From Octopus bimaculoides (lineage: Eukaryota), in contig NC_068998.1 in assembly GCF_001194135.2 (NCBI RefSeq), forward strand, positions 23,314,098 to 23,378,097: a DNA stretch of 64,000 nucleotides, given 5' to 3'. Below the pieces are notes generated by a model. The model was not told the DNA's origin. It ran no database searches and saw only the letters and a program-made list of their open reading frames with translations. Positions 63,425 through 64,000 of this stretch are shown piece by piece. The position numbers and the translations under genes were made by a program. Position 1 is the first letter of the stretch. The number at the start of each line of letters is the position of its first letter.

Positions 63425-63606
63425 GGGAGAAATCACAAAAGAAAAAACAAAAGACGAAGACAGATGGTGTAGAAAACAAACAGATGTATTAGTATAACTT
63501 TCGGGAATTGAAAAAGCTTTAACGTTTCGAGCCTACGCTCTTCTGGTCTCCCACAGAAAGGAAAACAGAAAGAAACAAGGAAATAAAAAATGTGTGTAGT
63601 GTTTAG

Positions 63607-63612
<6 letters not shown>
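63425..63612 (-). mobile_element. Penelope-associated short element carrying a degenerate minimal hammerhead ribozyme motif
   Basis: Revcomp 63513-63561: ccttt-ctgt(gggagacc)agaa-gagc gtag gctc-GAAAC-GT-T-aaag. Stem I (cttt/aaag), stem II, GAAA and AC/GT stem III are present; the CUGANGA core is disrupted. Confidence 0.55.
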
Positions 63613-63647
<35 letters not shown>

Positions 63648-64000
63648 CATATCTTCATATAAGCACTACAATTATTTCGACCTATCTAGCATCGGTCCCT
63701 GAAGGGCAGAATACTTAAGAACTGGTTCAGTAGCATCTGACGATGCAGATGTGTTTCTTCGGATGATAAATGAATTTGACTCCTTAAATTGACAGTTCTG
63801 TAGTGTATCTTCTCAGTTCGTGTAAAGAAAAGCAGAAAATTAAAGCATACAGCTTCATTTATATAAAACATCAATACTAAAATAACAGATGCTAAAAAAG
63901 AAACAAACACTCAATGTTCTTTTGTTTGTTATATATACATATATTATATACAACGGTGTTTCATTTGGAGCCATGCACAGCTGCATACATATATACATGC

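Overview
AT-rich eukaryotic draft-assembly window with ten N-gaps (632-994, 2075-2328, 18219-19172, 20242-20945, 21753-22167, 32443-32810, 39590-39737, 43158-43341, 46590-46910, 61578-62138), most of them abutting microsatellites. The repeat content (two abundant tRNA-derived SINE families, dense di/trinucleotide microsatellites) resembles an Octopus/coleoid genome; this is inferred from recalled SINE sequences and not verified. I found no confidently identifiable host protein-coding exon, intact tRNA, rRNA or CRISPR array, so the window looks intronic or intergenic. Most long ORFs in the track are artefacts of N-gaps or microsatellites. The window is largely decayed transposons: several Penelope-like (RT and GIY-YIG) relics, RLE-type (R4/Dong-like) LINE 3' ends, RTE and CR1 LINE relics, a Helitron Rep fragment, mariner derivatives including two copies of one MITE, and about 18 SINE copies. 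The most unusual signal is a GC-rich, densely base-paired island at 26.50-26.83 kb. Its core (26592-26687) folds into a five-way junction containing a perfect 16-bp palindrome and a tRNA T-arm in permuted topology. Read on the minus strand, the same island resembles an LTR end, primer-binding site and gag start. TE boundaries are by eye and approximate.
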